64,000 bases of DNA from Rhynchobatus australiae (lineage: Eukaryota), in assembly GCA_034780895.1 (NCBI GenBank), contig JAUZTB010000057.1:21415462-21479461 (forward strand), in the 5' to 3' direction. Of this stretch, positions 1 through 12,975 are shown one piece after another (position 1 is the first letter of the stretch; each line of letters begins with the position of its first letter). A program made the position numbers and the translations under genes. The notes below the pieces were generated by a model. The model searched no databases and was not told the origin of the DNA. It saw nothing but the letters and a program-made list of their open reading frames with translations.

Positions 1-50
1 CACACACACACACACACACACCCACACACCCACCCACACACACACACACA
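1..50. repeat. (CA)n microsatellite with CC interruptions, truncated by window edge
   Basis: Direct reading: cacacacaca...cccacacacc...cacacacaca. Confidence 0.95.
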
Positions 51-153
51 GAGTGAACTATAACTGGCATTTCTTACAATTTGTCCCCCCCCCAAACTTT
101 TACAACTGAGGTAGTTCAAGATATATATATTCTGGCCTTGAAATTGATACTAC

Positions 154-351
154 CTAGAGTTGACACCATGGCTTTCACGCTCATTGGGAGATCTTTGTAC
201 AGCTGTATATTTCTCCTCTTCTGTCCTTTCATCATTTTCTAATGCAGCTCTTGCTTTATATTGGGCACTTGATTCAATTTCTTCAGCAAGCTGAGCTGCT
301 CTAGCTTCCCGTCGTAAAAATTCTTCAGAATTATCCCTTTCCAAAGGTACC
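154..351 (-). CDS. ATXN2: Ataxin-2 coding exon 8 (LSmAD domain C-terminal part), 198 nt
   Basis: Acceptor cccacag|G and donor AG|gtagta. Translates (T)VPLERDNSEEFLRREARAAQLAEEIESSAQYKARAALENDERTEEEKYTAVQRSPNERESHGVNS(R). Phase matches exon 7. Confidence 0.97.
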
Positions 352-489
352 CTGTGGGAAATGACAGGAGAAATGTTAGATTATTCAAAGACCAAATCAA
401 TGTGAATAAACTGAGGAAAAAGCACATTCCTCAGAACATAGAAGTGGAAAAGGAATGTTTGAAAAATATCTAAAAACAAAAGGAACAGA

Positions 490-1140
490 CAAGAACACAA
501 GAAAATACGAGCAGGATCAGGCTACCTGCCCCCTCAAAACTGTCCCACCATTAAATATGATCATAACTGATCTAAACCAGACCTCAACTCCTCCCTTGCA
601 CCAATTCCCCATAGCCCTCAAACCCCTGATCTTTCAAAAAATTATCTACCTTATTTCTAATGAGCTAGCCTGCACAACTCTGGGGTAGAGAAATCCAGAG
701 ACTCACTGCCATTTGCCAGAAGAAATTTCAATTCATCTCAGTTTTAAATGACTGGCCCCTTATCTTGAAACCATGTCCCCTCAATTCAAATCTAGTGAAA
801 ACATTTCAGCTTCTCCCCGTTGTACCCCTAGTCTAAACTCCAAAGAATACAGACTGAAACCATTTAACTTTCCTTGACATGGCAATCCTCTCATCCCATG
901 GATTCACCAGGCTAATTTCCTTTGGGCTGCCTCCAATGCTACTACATTCTTTCATTGGCATGGGGACTAAAATTGTGCACGGTACTCCAAGTGTGGCCTC
1001 TTCAATATCCTGTACAATTGTAACAGAACACATCCCTATTTCTAAACTAAACCCCTTTGGAATAAAGGCCAAATGCCATTTACCCTCTTGCTGCAGCTGC
1101 TTGTTAACTTTTTGTGATTTGTGCACAAGAGCAGCTTGAC
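490..1140 (-). mobile_element. CR1/HER1-like LINE 3' fragment, decayed
   Basis: Reverse complement of a shark CR1 3' end (gaacacaagaaaatacgagcaggatcaggc...). ORF 833..1543 contains decayed CR1 RT C-terminal residues (LAFIPKG...EATLG). Confidence 0.7.
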
Positions 1141-1648
1141 CCCCCGTNNNNNNNNNNNNNNNNNNNNNNNNNNNNNNNNNNNNNNNNNNNNNNNNNNNNN
1201 NNNNNNNNNNNNNNNNNNNNNNNNNNNNNNNNNNNNNNNNNNNNNNNNNNNNNNNNNNNNNNNNNNNNNNNNNNNNNNNNNNNNNNNNNNNNNNNNNNNN
1301 NNNNNNNNNNNNNNNNNNNNNNNNNNNNNNNNNNNNNNNNNNNNNNNNNNNNNNNNNNNNNNNNNNNNNNNNNNNNNNNNNNNNNNNNNNNNNNNNNNNN
1401 NNNNNNNNNNNNNNNNNNNNNNNNNNNNNNNNNNNNNNNNNNNNNNNNNNNNNNNNNNNNNNNNNNNNNNNNNNNNNNNNNNNNNNNNNNNNNNNNNNNN
1501 NNNNNNNNNNNNNNNNNNNNNNTCCCAACACTATGCCCCACATTCAATTTTCAATTTGATAACAAATAATTTGGATATATTGAATGGAAGGCTTTACAAG
1601 TAGAACAGCTTAAAAAAAATTATATTTTATTGAAATTTGTGCACTTAC

Positions 1649-1740
1649 GTATATGAAGACAAACTGCTGTCATAGGTTGATCTTACTCCATAAGTTTCCT
1701 CATTAAATCTAAACATGTCATTGGGATCCCAACCATTAGA
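1649..1740 (-). CDS. ATXN2: Ataxin-2 coding exon 7 (LSmAD start), 92 nt
   Basis: Acceptor gtcctcag|TCT and donor AC|gtaagt. Translates SNGWDPNDMFRFNEETYGVRSTYDSSLSSY(T), the LSmAD signature. Confidence 0.97.
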
Positions 1741-2089
1741 CTGAGGACAGAAAAAAAACAGGATTTATATTAAAAAAAACCCTTCCAACAGATTTAAATT
1801 TTCAGCAAAAATAGCTGGCAAAATTTTTTTTAATATTAACTAAATGATAATCAAATAATTTGCTCTTCCATTGATACCTACTGAAGCTCAACCTATTGTC
1901 ATGAGACACAAAGGTTGCTAACTCCTTTACTCCCATTCAAATGAATAGCTAAAAAAAGAAAATGTAGTATTAAAAAGGTAATTACATGTAAATACTGCTC
2001 AATTACTAATGTCAATATGCATTTTATCTTCTTCCTATAGTTGAAGTGGTCCACATTGGCTCTCAGAGTAATCCTATCAGTTCCATTCC

Positions 2090-2355
2090 TCCATTTATTT
2101 ACCTATAACCCATTCTCTGTCACATGCCCATCAATTCCCCTTGATTTTTTTGCCAGCAACCTACACTTAGGACAATTTACAGCAGCCAATTACCTACCAG
2201 CACTTCGTTGGAACATGGAAGGAAACCACAGTACTCAGCAAACCACATGCAGTCACAGGGAGAAAGTGCACAGACAGCACTGAAGGTCAGTATCAAACCC
2301 TGGTCACCAGAACTGTGCGACAGCAACACTTTCTGCTACACCAGTGTGCCATCCC
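2090..2355 (-). mobile_element. tRNA-derived V-SINE (HE1-like), decayed
   Basis: Minus strand reads ggcacactggtgtagcag...gggtttgatactgacc...ttctccctgtgactgcatgtggttt...ggtttccttcca (tRNA-like head plus V-domain core). Confidence 0.7.
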
Positions 2356-2676
2356 AATTTTGCAGATAAAATTATTGTGAAACTGTCATCATTATGCCAT
2401 GAAATTAATGACTTTTGGAGTATACACACTTGCAATGAATTGTGGAAATTAAGAAGGTGAATCTCTAAATGGTGCAAATTTTTTCAGCCTTCTCCAGCAA
2501 AAAAATATTAGTAAAATAACCAAATGAGGCATTTAGAAAAAAAATATGCACTCCAAAATACTCTGAAAATATGTTATGCTTTGTTGAGAGGTACAAGTTT
2601 TTAAAATGTCAAACTAAACCATAATTACTGCATAGCAATCTCTGGCTCAAAGCAAATTATTTTATATGGACTATAT

Positions 2677-2816
2677 AACAGAACAGTACAGCACAGGAAC
2701 AGGCCTTTTGGCCCATGATGTTGTGCCAAACTAATCCCTCTGCCTACATAGTGTCCATATTTCTCCATTCTCTGCATATTCATGTGCCTAAGAACCTCTT
2801 AAATGTCTCTATTATT
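2677..2816 (-). mobile_element. CR1-like LINE extreme 3' end (first half; apparent continuation at 5105-5200)
   Basis: aacagaacagtacagcacaggaacaggccttttggccc... matches the start of the copy at 17370. Confidence 0.7.
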
Positions 2817-2922
2817 TGTCCCCTTAGACTCTCACCAACTTTTACTGATGCACCATAGAAAGCATCCTATCTGGATGTATCATGGCTTGGTACGGCAACT
2901 GCTCTGCCCAGGACCGCAAGAA
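2817..2922 (+). mobile_element. Rex1/Babar-like LINE fragment, running into a gap
   Basis: Encodes CTIESILSGCIMAWYGNCSAQDRK, typical of the Rex1/Babar ORF2 C-terminus. Confidence 0.7.
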
Positions 2923-3689
2923 NNNNNNNNNNNNNNNNNNNNNNNNNNNNNNNNNNNNNNNNNNNNNNNNNNNNNNNNNNNNNNNNNNNNNNNNNNNNNN
3001 NNNNNNNNNNNNNNNNNNNNNNCAACCACCCTGCCTATCACCCCCTCCCTCTTATTCCCCTAAATAACAGACATCACTATGTACGGAGTGACCTTTATGG
3101 ATGAAAGCTGAGATACTTCCAGCAGCATGCTGTACAGTTTAAAAAAAAGCCTTATCCCAGCCCAGTATCAAAGGAACTGGAGTAATATTCAAATGAAATT
3201 TTTGTCCCATGTGTCACTGAATCACTGGGTAATAACAGCCTCCCTTGTTAAGTACTTACTGTCTGTAGTGTTTGAAACAAGCAGTAGAAGATCAAGTACC
3301 AAAAGATCTTTCCAACCTCTGATAGATTTCCATCTGGCACATACCATAGGAGAAAGTAGGAGGCTACTGCAAATGGTGTAGAGCAAACAATCCTGGAAAT
3401 AAGAACAGGAAAAGCAACTTAATTTTGTTTAAAGTACAACTTAATATTCTTCCTGTTCTATTCTAATATTTTCCATTGCTGGCCCAAGTTCTGAGTGGTA
3501 CTTTTACAATGGATTGTGCAAAACAGCCACATTGCCCGCCTTGACTGTTGTAACTCTCTGTAACAATAGTCCAGGAGGGCTTCAAAGGTCAAGAGTACAC
3601 TTGGAATTTACTCAAGTCAGTCTCGAGGCTAGCTGGGCAGCTAAGTTTCTACAAAAGGTATCACACACCGAGCAACAAAAAAGAATGAC

Positions 3690-3935
3690 AATGTGGCAGC
3701 ACAGTAGCATACGGTTAGCGCGATGCTATTACAGCACCAGCGATTGGGGTTTGATTCCCGTTGCTGTCTGTAAGGAGTTTGTATGTTCTCCCGTGTCTGT
3801 GTGTGTTTCCTCAGGGTGCCCCGGTTTCCTCCCACATTCCAAAGACGTATGGGTTAGGTTAATATGGGGTTTAAAATGGGCGGCGTGGACTCGTTGGGCC
3901 AGTAGGGCCTGTTACCATGCTGTAAATAAAACTTA
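3690..3935 (+). mobile_element. V-SINE (HE1-like), near full length
   Basis: ggcagcacagtagc...ggggtttgattccc (B box-like), V core ggagtttgtatgttctcccgtgtctg...ccggtttcctcccacattccaaagac, tail ctgtaaataaa. Confidence 0.85.
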
Positions 3936-4359
3936 AATTTGAATTTTAAAATTTTTTTCAAGTTTAATAAAGCAATTGAATAAGACATTTTTGTCTCTCA
4001 ATTTTTTTTTACTATTTCCATGTAGCCCATTTCCACACTGACAGATCTATTAAAGTGAATACAAGTTCAGACATTGTTAAAGGCATTGGCAGTGACAACA
4101 TATCCTGTGGGCAATAATATTCTATGTTAAAATCTAAATGTGGGCAAGGTGCCAAAAGAACATCAATTAAAAAAGAATTCAATTCAAGGCTAAGAATTCA
4201 AACATTTGAAATTTGCACTTTGCCAGGATTTATATTTGTAAATCTTTCTGCCTCCCCATTCCAATATGTTTCCACCCATCCTCCTCCCAAGGCAGATCTG
4301 AGCTACCTTGCTCAAGTTTCCAAATGTCACCGAACATTTCATGCACAAATAGTGTTACC

Positions 4360-5104
4360 TGTAGCGAAGCCTGAAGTCCCACACCACCAGGTTCAAGAGC
4401 AGCTACTTCCCTTCAACTATTCGGTTCTTAAACCAACCTGTACAACCCTAATCACCATCTCAGTATAGCAAATCTATGACTACTTTGCACTACAATGGAA
4501 TTTTGTTTTGATCTAATTGTGTTCTTTCTTGTAAAAATTGTGCATAATTTATGTGTATCTTGCGAATGTTGTGTATCTGCATCACAGCTTGGTATGGCAA
4601 CTGCTCTGCCCAGGACTGCAAGAAACTGCAGAGAGTTGCAGACGCAGCCCAGCATGTCAAGGAAACCAGCCTCCCCTCCATGGACTCTGTCTTTACCTCT
4701 CGCTGCCTTGGCGAAGAAGCCAGCATTATCAAAGACCCCAACCACCTGGGTCAATCTCTTTTCTCTCCTCTTCCATCTACCTGAGGGCACATACCAGACT
4801 TACGGACAGCTTCTACCCCACTGTGATAAGACTATTGAATGGTTCCCTTATACGATGAGATAGACTCTGACCTCACTATCTACCTTGTTGTGACCTTGCA
4901 CCTTATTGCACTGCACTTTCTCTATAGCTGTGACACTTTACTCTGTACTGTTATTGTTTTTACCTGTATCACATCAATGGACTCAGTACTAACCCAATAT
5001 AACTGCACTGTGTAATGAATTGACCTGTATGATCGGTATGCAAGACAAGTTTTTCCACTGTACCTCAGTACAAGTGACAATAATAAACCAATACTAATAC
5101 CAAA
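4360..5104 (+). mobile_element. Two adjoining Rex1/Babar-like LINE 3' fragments (about 4360-4575 and 4575-5104)
   Basis: ORF pieces CITAWYGNCSAQDCKKLQRV...ASIIKDPNH and TRLTDSFYPTVIRLLN. The 3' tail gacaataataaaccaatactaatac is shared with the copy at 20700. Confidence 0.8.
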
Positions 5105-6774
5105 ATGCCTCCACTACCACCCATGGCAGCGCATTCCAGGCACCCACCACTTTGGGTTAAAAAAAACTTACATCACCTTAAATGCATGCCCTCTAGTATT
5201 AGAATTCAGTATTCTATAAAATGCTTAAAGTATTGAATAATCCAGAGCAGGTTACAGCACAGTGCTCTTCCTCACATATAATCCTACCCTTCAATTTGGA
5301 TCCAATCCCCTGGAAACCTCCTAACTCTGAACTACAATCTGACCCGCTACCCCTCCCATCAGTCAACTTTCCAATCTAACTCCTGACTTTAATTCAATTC
5401 CCCAACCACCACATGCCATCCATTTTGATAACGTCACAGCCTCAATCCTCCCAATCCCAGAAGACCTAACTGACCCTCTTTCCCCACAACTCCCTGAGTT
5501 TAACTAAATCTTCCTTCATGTCCTCTGCAATAGTACAGTACACAAAAGAAATGCATCAGGGCCTCAGAGATGTATGAAATCCAAGCCAAATTAGTCCATG
5601 ATCAAAATATGGGGTAATATTCTACATGATGACCTTTTAGCGCTCTTGCCCAGATACAAATGAATATTCTAAGCCACTCTTTCCTATTATAAAGTGCCAT
5701 TTTTTTTTTAAAGAAAGAATTTGCTTTCTCTAAGAATGGAAAGAGTAGCACTGTTGTAGAAGAATTTGTCCGATTCAATTGCGAGTTGAGAACGATTAAG
5801 ATGGTTCTTAAATATAATTGCATTAAAACTGCAATGGAAGGAAATAATAAAGAGCAACAGCTGAAGAAACTAACTCAAGCAAATGAAAACAATTTTCAAT
5901 AACAATTATAAGGTTATATTTTTTGGAATTTTGGACAGTCAAATTTATTACTATCTTCCTAATAGTATAGGACACATCCAAGGTGGTCATTTCTCTGGAC
6001 CCATCAGCTGAAGTTGTATCAAATTGAAATATTAAGAATGAAAACCATCAGTAAAATGGAATTATGTATTTACGTAAAGAACTGCAAACTATGCACATAA
6101 AATTAGCTATTATCAATTAATTAATTTCAACTTTTTCTTCAGAATTATAATAGAAGCAAGTCATCCTCAATCCTGAGAGATTGCCTAGGAAGAAATAATA
6201 CTGCATTCAAATTAGGCTAAACGCAGAAAACACGAGGGGGAAGGTGACAGTCGATCAATTTTCTCCGTTATTCATATGATCCTATGACATTTAAATGTTA
6301 ATGATGCAAGGGACAGATAAATAGGGGGAAACTTTACAACAGAACATGACACATTGATTTGTCCAGGAAATACGATTTATGTGGTGTTGCTAATAGGAAT
6401 ACATTAGAAAATGTTTTGAATCAAATGGCCAAAATNNNNNNNNNNNNNNNNNNNNNNNNNNNNNNNNNNNNNNNNNNNNNNNNNNNNNNNNNNNNNNNNN
6501 NNNNNNNNNNNNNNNNNNNNNNNNNNNNNNNNNNNTTAGAAAATGTTTTGAATCAAATGGCCAAAATGTTCTCAACTTTTGACTTTTAAAAGGTTGGTCC
6601 AAAAGTGCTCGTGAAGAGGTATGTGGAACTTATTTTAATGGAAACTATTTACCAAAAACACAACTCAGATATTAATAAACTTAATTTAATGTTTTACTAG
6701 GCCACGGTAATCATTATGAAATATTTCAACCCTTCCGGTTCAGAGCTACGGAAAACAAATACTGCATCAAGATT

Positions 6775-7505
6775 TGTACTTGTACAGCAACAACCTCACA
6801 CTCAACGTCAGCAAGTCCAAGGAACTGATTATGGACTTCAGGATGGGAAAGTCGGGAGAACACACACCAGTCCTCATCGAGGGCTGTGGTGGAAAGGGTG
6901 AACAGCTTCAAGTTCCTGGACGTCAACATCTCAGAGGATCTATTTTGGGTCCAACACATTGATACAATCATGAAGGCACGCCAGCAGCTCTACTTCATTA
7001 GGAGTTTGAGGAGATTTAGTATGTCACCAAAGACTCTTACAAATTTCTATAGATGTATGGTGGAGTGCATTCTGACTGGTTGCATCACAGAATGGTATGG
7101 AGCTCCAATGCACAGGATCTCAAGAGGCTGCAGAAGGTTACATACTCAGCCAGCTCAATCATGGGCACAGCCCTCCCCATCATCAAAAACATCTTCAAGA
7201 GGTGGTGCCTCAAGGCTGTATCCATAATTAAGGACCCTCACCAACCGGGACATGCTCTCTTCTCGTTACTATCATCAGGGAGGTTGAACAGGAGCCTGAA
7301 GACTCAAACTCAATGATTCAGAAACAGCTTCTTTCCTACTGCCATCAGATTTCTAAATGATCTATGAACACTACCTCATAATTCCTTTTTTCTTTGCACT
7401 ATATTTATTTTTGTAATTTATAAATATTTATGTCTTTGCACTGTACTGTTGCAATAAAACAACAAATTTCATGTCATATATCAGTGATAATAAATCTGAT
7501 TCTGG
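6775..7505 (+). mobile_element. Rex1/Babar-like LINE, 5'-truncated, frameshifted RT C-terminus plus 3' UTR
   Basis: Successive frames give NNLTLNVSKSKELIMDFR, VERVNSFKFLDVNISEDL...ARQQLYFIRSLRRF...FYRCMVECILTGCITEWYG and SIIKDPHQPGHALFSLL. Tail is tgataataaatctgattctg. Confidence 0.85.
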
Positions 7506-8444
7506 GACATTGAGGCAAATAATTTGCAGCTCTCAATTTTGCTTTTAGAATATAATACTAATTAAATCTAGCAGAAGCAGAAGTAGGTAACTCTTAAGTT
7601 ATTCAATATCCAATTAGATTATGGAAGTTGCACCAAAAAGACGTGCTTTACTTAAGCAATCAACATTTTGAGTTATATATAACCTTACATTATTGATGTC
7701 AGAGTACAGTAAAAAAAAAGGAAAATTAAACCCTCATCTCCAGCATGTACTTAATTGAAAAACAGTCTTTTAAAACAAAATAGCAAATGGAAGACGATAT
7801 TCCTCAATGGGCTTCATAAAATCATTAATTCTAGCTAAATTCTTTTGGTTCTAGCTTCATCAAAGAATCAATTATTTGGTTCCTTTCTCAATTTATAATA
7901 AACCCAATCATTTTACCAGATAGCAGTCTGAATTTGCAATCAAACAATATTTGACTTAGAACAACCAGTAATTCATATTTTCCCCAGATCTTTCCTGTCT
8001 GGACATAGTAAATTGGTTATTTTGATCTTTGGAATATAANNNNNNNNNNNNNNNNNNNNNNNNNNNNNNNNNNNNNNNNNNNNNNNNNNNNNNNNNNNNN
8101 NNNNNNNNNNNNNNNNNNNNNNNNNNNNNNNNNNNNNNNNNNNNNNNNNNNNNNNNNNNNNNNNNNNNNNNNNNNNNNNNNNNNNNNNNNNNNNNNNNNN
8201 NNNNNNNNNNNNGTGGAGGAGATATAGGCAAGATTGCATGCTCACAGAGTCTCTATTCTCCCAGTGAAAACTTAACATCATGGTGGAGAATTATGCAAAT
8301 AAACTGAATACTGTAATTGTATAATTTTACTTGTTTTTAAGGAAATGTACGGTGCAACTAGTGTATCCAATGGCATAATTTAAATTATATTTTGACTATT
8401 TCTGTTTAGTCTTCATCTAAAGGGTTAAAAATAAAAATATTTAC

Positions 8445-8566
8445 CACATCTGATTCCAGAGCTTCCAAATCTTCATTGGTACTATCACCACCATCCCATG
8501 GTTCTAGATCTTTATCTTTGTGCTCACCATTAAGTCTAGACCCAATGGCAGCATCAGTAAACGCAT
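8445..8566 (-). CDS. ATXN2: Ataxin-2 coding exon 6, 122 nt
   Basis: Acceptor ttcctgtttcag|AT and donor GTG|gtaaat. Translates (D)AFTDAAIGSRLNGEHKDKDLEPWDGGDSTNEDLEALESDV. Confidence 0.96.
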
Positions 8567-9423
8567 CTGAAACAGGAATTAAATTAAGTTTGTTTTTAAA
8601 AAAAAGCCAACATGTTAACTTACTGTATCAAATAACTCAAAGTATCACCTGAGATACTTATAGAATTAAAATTACTTTTTATCCAGCTGTACCAATATAG
8701 TGGTTGGAGAGCACAGAAATACTACTTAAAAGTAGCATAGTGATTGTATAAATTTGGTTATTAAATTTTATGCACCAAACTAATAAAGTTGAACTACTGG
8801 GAATTGTTTTCTGTATTATACATTACATTGGGGCAGAGTGCATACATACAATGCCAATTCTAGTGAAAAATGATAGGATCAATTAGAAATTTGCAGACAA
8901 AGATATGTAAACAAAAAAAATCCTCGTTGCTATTAGGTCACAGACAATTCACCTCATTTAAAATGAGGAACACAAAAGACAAGAGCAAGTTTCTATTCAA
9001 TATAACAAAAGCACTACAAGCAGATAAGAAATGCCATTTACATTTGTAATTTTCATCTTTGAAAACAAAGTCATTTGCAAAGAGGATTCAAAGATGTTGT
9101 NNNNNNNNNNNNNNNNNNNNNNNNNNNNNNNNNNNNNNNNNNNNNNNNNNNNNNNNNNNNNNNNNNNNNNNNNNNNNNNNNNNNNNNNNNNNNNNNNNNN
9201 TGTGGAGACACCACATTGGATAGTAAAATATACTTAAAAATGGAAAGATACAGGTTTGGACTGATCTCCAGGTTCCCCAATCCAAGCCATACCAAGTAAG
9301 AAATTCTGGGCAGAAGCCAAGGCAGTCCATATAGGGAAAAGTGGGGGCAATCATAGCTGTAATCATGTGCCTCCCAAATGTTATTCAAAGGATGGAAGAA
9401 AAGTGAAACCAGATGACAACCTT

Positions 9424-10135
9424 AGAATCATAGAATTATACAGCATGGAAATTTTCAACCCAACATGTCCATGCCAACCAGTTCCATATTAATTCCATTG
9501 CCCAACATGTGGTCCATAGCCCTCTATGCCCAAGTTATACAATGCTCATCTAGAGACATTTTAAATGCTGTCAGCAACTCAGCCTCAATCACTCTCAGTG
9601 CATTCCAGGTACTTGGCACTCTCTTGGTGAAGGTGGTCTCCCTCATATCCCCTCTAAATTTCTTACCCTAAATCTACGTCCTCTAGTTTTGTCTACTTCA
9701 GCAGTTTACCCTATCTATTTTATATACCTCAGTCATGTCCCATTTTAACCTCCTCTGCTCCAGGAGGAACAGACCTAGACAACCCCATCTTTCCTTATTA
9801 CTGAACTGGTGAATCTCCTCTGCACCTTCTTCAGTACCATCACATTCTTCCTATACCTTGGTGACCAGAACTGCATGCAGTGCTCTGTCTGAGGTCTGAC
9901 CAAGATTTTATAAAGTTGGAGCATAACCTCCCAACTTCTGTATTTAATGCCCCGACTAATGAAGGGCAGTATCCCATATGCCTTCTTACCCATGTTATCT
10001 ATCTGCAATGCCACTTTCTCTACCTGCAATGCCATCTTCCAAGGACCTATGGACTTGTACTCCAAGTTTCCTCTGTTGCTCAGTACTCCAAGACCCTACC
10101 ATTCATGGTGCATGCCCTAGTCTCATTAGTGCTCC
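9424..10135 (-). mobile_element. CR1/HER1-like LINE 3' fragment
   Basis: ORF 9775..10065 reads KKAYGILPFISRGIKYRSWEVMLQLYKILVRPQTEHCMQFWSPRYRK (CR1 RT C-terminus). The 3' tail reverse complement is tagaatcatagaa. Confidence 0.88.
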
Positions 10136-10369
10136 AAAAACTCTCCCACCCACTTCAGTGGCAGTGGAACCTAGAAACACAACAGGAAAAAAAGTCCCTC
10201 CATTGGGTAATAAATGCTCTCAAACAGAAATGTTTAAAAGCAAGCCTAAATTTCACTAAAAAGACACGTGCAGTAAACAATCAGATCAGTGATCCCGAGA
10301 TCTTGCACACATACAATTACTAATCTAGCAGCTGAAAATTGAACTCATGAAAGACTGTACTGCATGAAA

Positions 10370-10655
10370 ATAAACAGGAGCAGGAGTAGTCATATGGATC
10401 CTTTTGCCTTTTCCACCATTCAATAAGACCATCACTCAGCAGTTAATTCACCTAATTAAGTAAAAAATCTAATGATCCATCTTGGATATTCTGAGTAGCT
10501 GAGCCTCTACATCCTTTTGGGTAGAGAATTCCAAAGTTTCACTACTCTGGGTGAAGAAATTCCTTCTCACCTCTGTCCTGAACGGCGAACCCGTTATTTT
10601 CAGACTGTGACCCTTAGTTCCCAAACCTCCAGCCACAGGAAAGATCATCCTCATT
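10370..10655 (-). mobile_element. CR1-like LINE 3' end
   Basis: ORF 10469..10654 reads TKGHSLKITGSPFRTEVRRNFFTQ. End motif is caggagcaggagtag. Confidence 0.8.
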
Positions 10656-12639
10656 AAGCTCAGAAGAGTTTGTGAATGTCAGGGAGGTCCAACTTGGAAA
10701 GCAGCTAGTCAAATTTTATAGGTTAAAAGTCAGCCAATCATGTTGCTGCTGACTTGACAGTTCTGAAGAACATATCACCTGGCATGCCATTGGTTAATCT
10801 ATTTTTGGTACAATATTATTTTCACTAAATTTCCTTTCATCTTAGAAGAGTGCCAGCCTGTTTCCTGAAAGCATTCCATAATCTGATTGAAATGAGATAC
10901 AAGAACAACCTGTGGTGATGTTTATAAAAGCAGGAATGCTATTGGCCTTACCATTAAAACTACTGACACAGAAACCATGAATGGGAAAATATAGGCATTG
11001 CTCAGTTTATTGCATGGCAAAGTGCAGAGCTTATGCAGACTGTAACTAATAAGTCCAAATACTGGGTACTACAGATCACACATGCAAAATCCAGCATCCT
11101 CAGGAATGAAATCAAGCCAGATTTCAAATTTTTCTGTATTTCAGACTACGCATGTATTGTTTTGAGAAAAAAATATTTTTGTTCTCAGCAAACAGACAAT
11201 GAATTTTGCTTCCTTTTAACAGTGCTACACAAGAGTGCCTTTTTAATATGACTGAAGGCAAAAAGAAAGGAAATCACATAGATGGAAGAGGTTGGACCAT
11301 TCGGATTGAGGCTTGTGCAGATGGACTCAAGAGCATGGGAACTAGACTGGAGTGCCATTGTAAACAAAGGAGCAAATGCTTTAAACTAGTCCAGAATGCT
11401 ACCATGAACCAGTACCAAGCTCGCTGCCCCAGTATTTAGAGAAATATGTCCAAATTTCATTTAACTGAATATCAGACAATTCCAGTTTTCAGATGTCTGA
11501 CACATACTATCAGTCTTGGGTCTCCTGGGCAAACACAAAGGGGAAAAGAGATTAGCCAAAAATAATTTCATGGTCAGAGTCTAAAGACCCTTGTTGTAAA
11601 CTATATGTCTGTGACTGCCAGGGGAGGGCAACCTTGGAGTGCAACTGGTCAAGTAAACAGTTAACATTCAGTATCAAGATGCACAGAAATAACCCTGTTC
11701 CAACAGAAGGGTAACCCAAGAGTCAGTGCCTTGACGATTTGAGAGGAGAAATTTGGCAGGAAAAGAAACAGTATGACTGGAAAAAAGCAATATAAAGTCT
11801 GCCAGAGCTCAAAATGAAAAATCTAAACAACCTAAAATAATGAAAAAGTCATTAACAGAAAAATGTAGATTTAAGGGGATCAGCCATGAACATTTCAACA
11901 AACTCTTACTGAAATTCATTCACTCATTGACCCTTGCCTTGTTTACAGCTTATCCCCATGGTCACCCCAGTTTTACCCCATCAGAGACAGTTTAACAAGC
12001 TTTTTTCTTTCCTTCCCAGTTCTTACGAAGACTCATCAACCTGAAACATCAGCTGTTTCTCTTCCCTGACATGCTAAGTATTTCCAGCAATCTGTTTTTA
12101 TTTTAGATTTCCAGATTCTGCAATTTCTTGATTTTCAAAATATTAAAGCAGCCCCAGTTTTAATACAACATTGAAACATGATCCTACACCAAGATGCTCA
12201 TTCAGTGACCAAGCCTGGAAGGTAATCCTAGGGATTCCTTGATTATGAAGGAGTGAGATCAAAGCTTCATCCTAATGGATCATGCTGATACCCTTAATTT
12301 TACTGAAATGTAATCCTTTTTATTTTATATTCCTTACGACTGCATACAAGCACCTGTTGTGAATGAAGTGTGCTTCAAGAGCCTCAACTGAATGACAATG
12401 AACATTTTACAGAAATGCTTCTCTTGCTTTCTCCCTCTCATTTCATTCCATTCCACTTCACTGATTATCTGACTTAGGTAGTCAGGAGACAGTGTGGTGC
12501 AGCCAATTTCTTCTAGCAAAGTAATGTAACTGTGAGATATTATGGAATCTCATGATGAAGCCCCATTATTTAGCCACTTGGAGATAAACCACAGCAGGAT
12601 GCCAAGATCAGGCTGCCCAAATTTTGATCCTTTGCAAGT

Positions 12640-12975
12640 CTATGGAGAGTAACTGCTACCTCATAGTCCAGAGATTCAGATTTGATCCTGACCTTGAATG
12701 CTGTCTGTGTGCATTTTTGCACACAGACAGCATTCTCCATGGATTCAAGTAGGTCAACTCTGAGGTTCACCCCATTTCCTTCACATCCTAAGGGCATGAC
12801 AGTTGGTAGCGACTGAAAATTGCCCCCAGTGTAAATGGCTAGAAAGGGAATCAGGGTAGAGTTGATGGGCATGTGAGAGAACAGGTTACCAATAAATAAA
12901 TGGGGGATTGTTGTGATTGCTCTGAGGCCAGAATGAACTGAATGGGTCAAATGACCTCCTTCGCTGTCATGACAG
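12640..12975 (+). mobile_element. V-SINE, decayed
   Basis: agagtaactgctacctcatag...tttgatcctgacc...gctgtctgtgt...tttccttcacatcc...aaattgccccc...gaatgggtcaaatgacctccttc. Confidence 0.65.
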
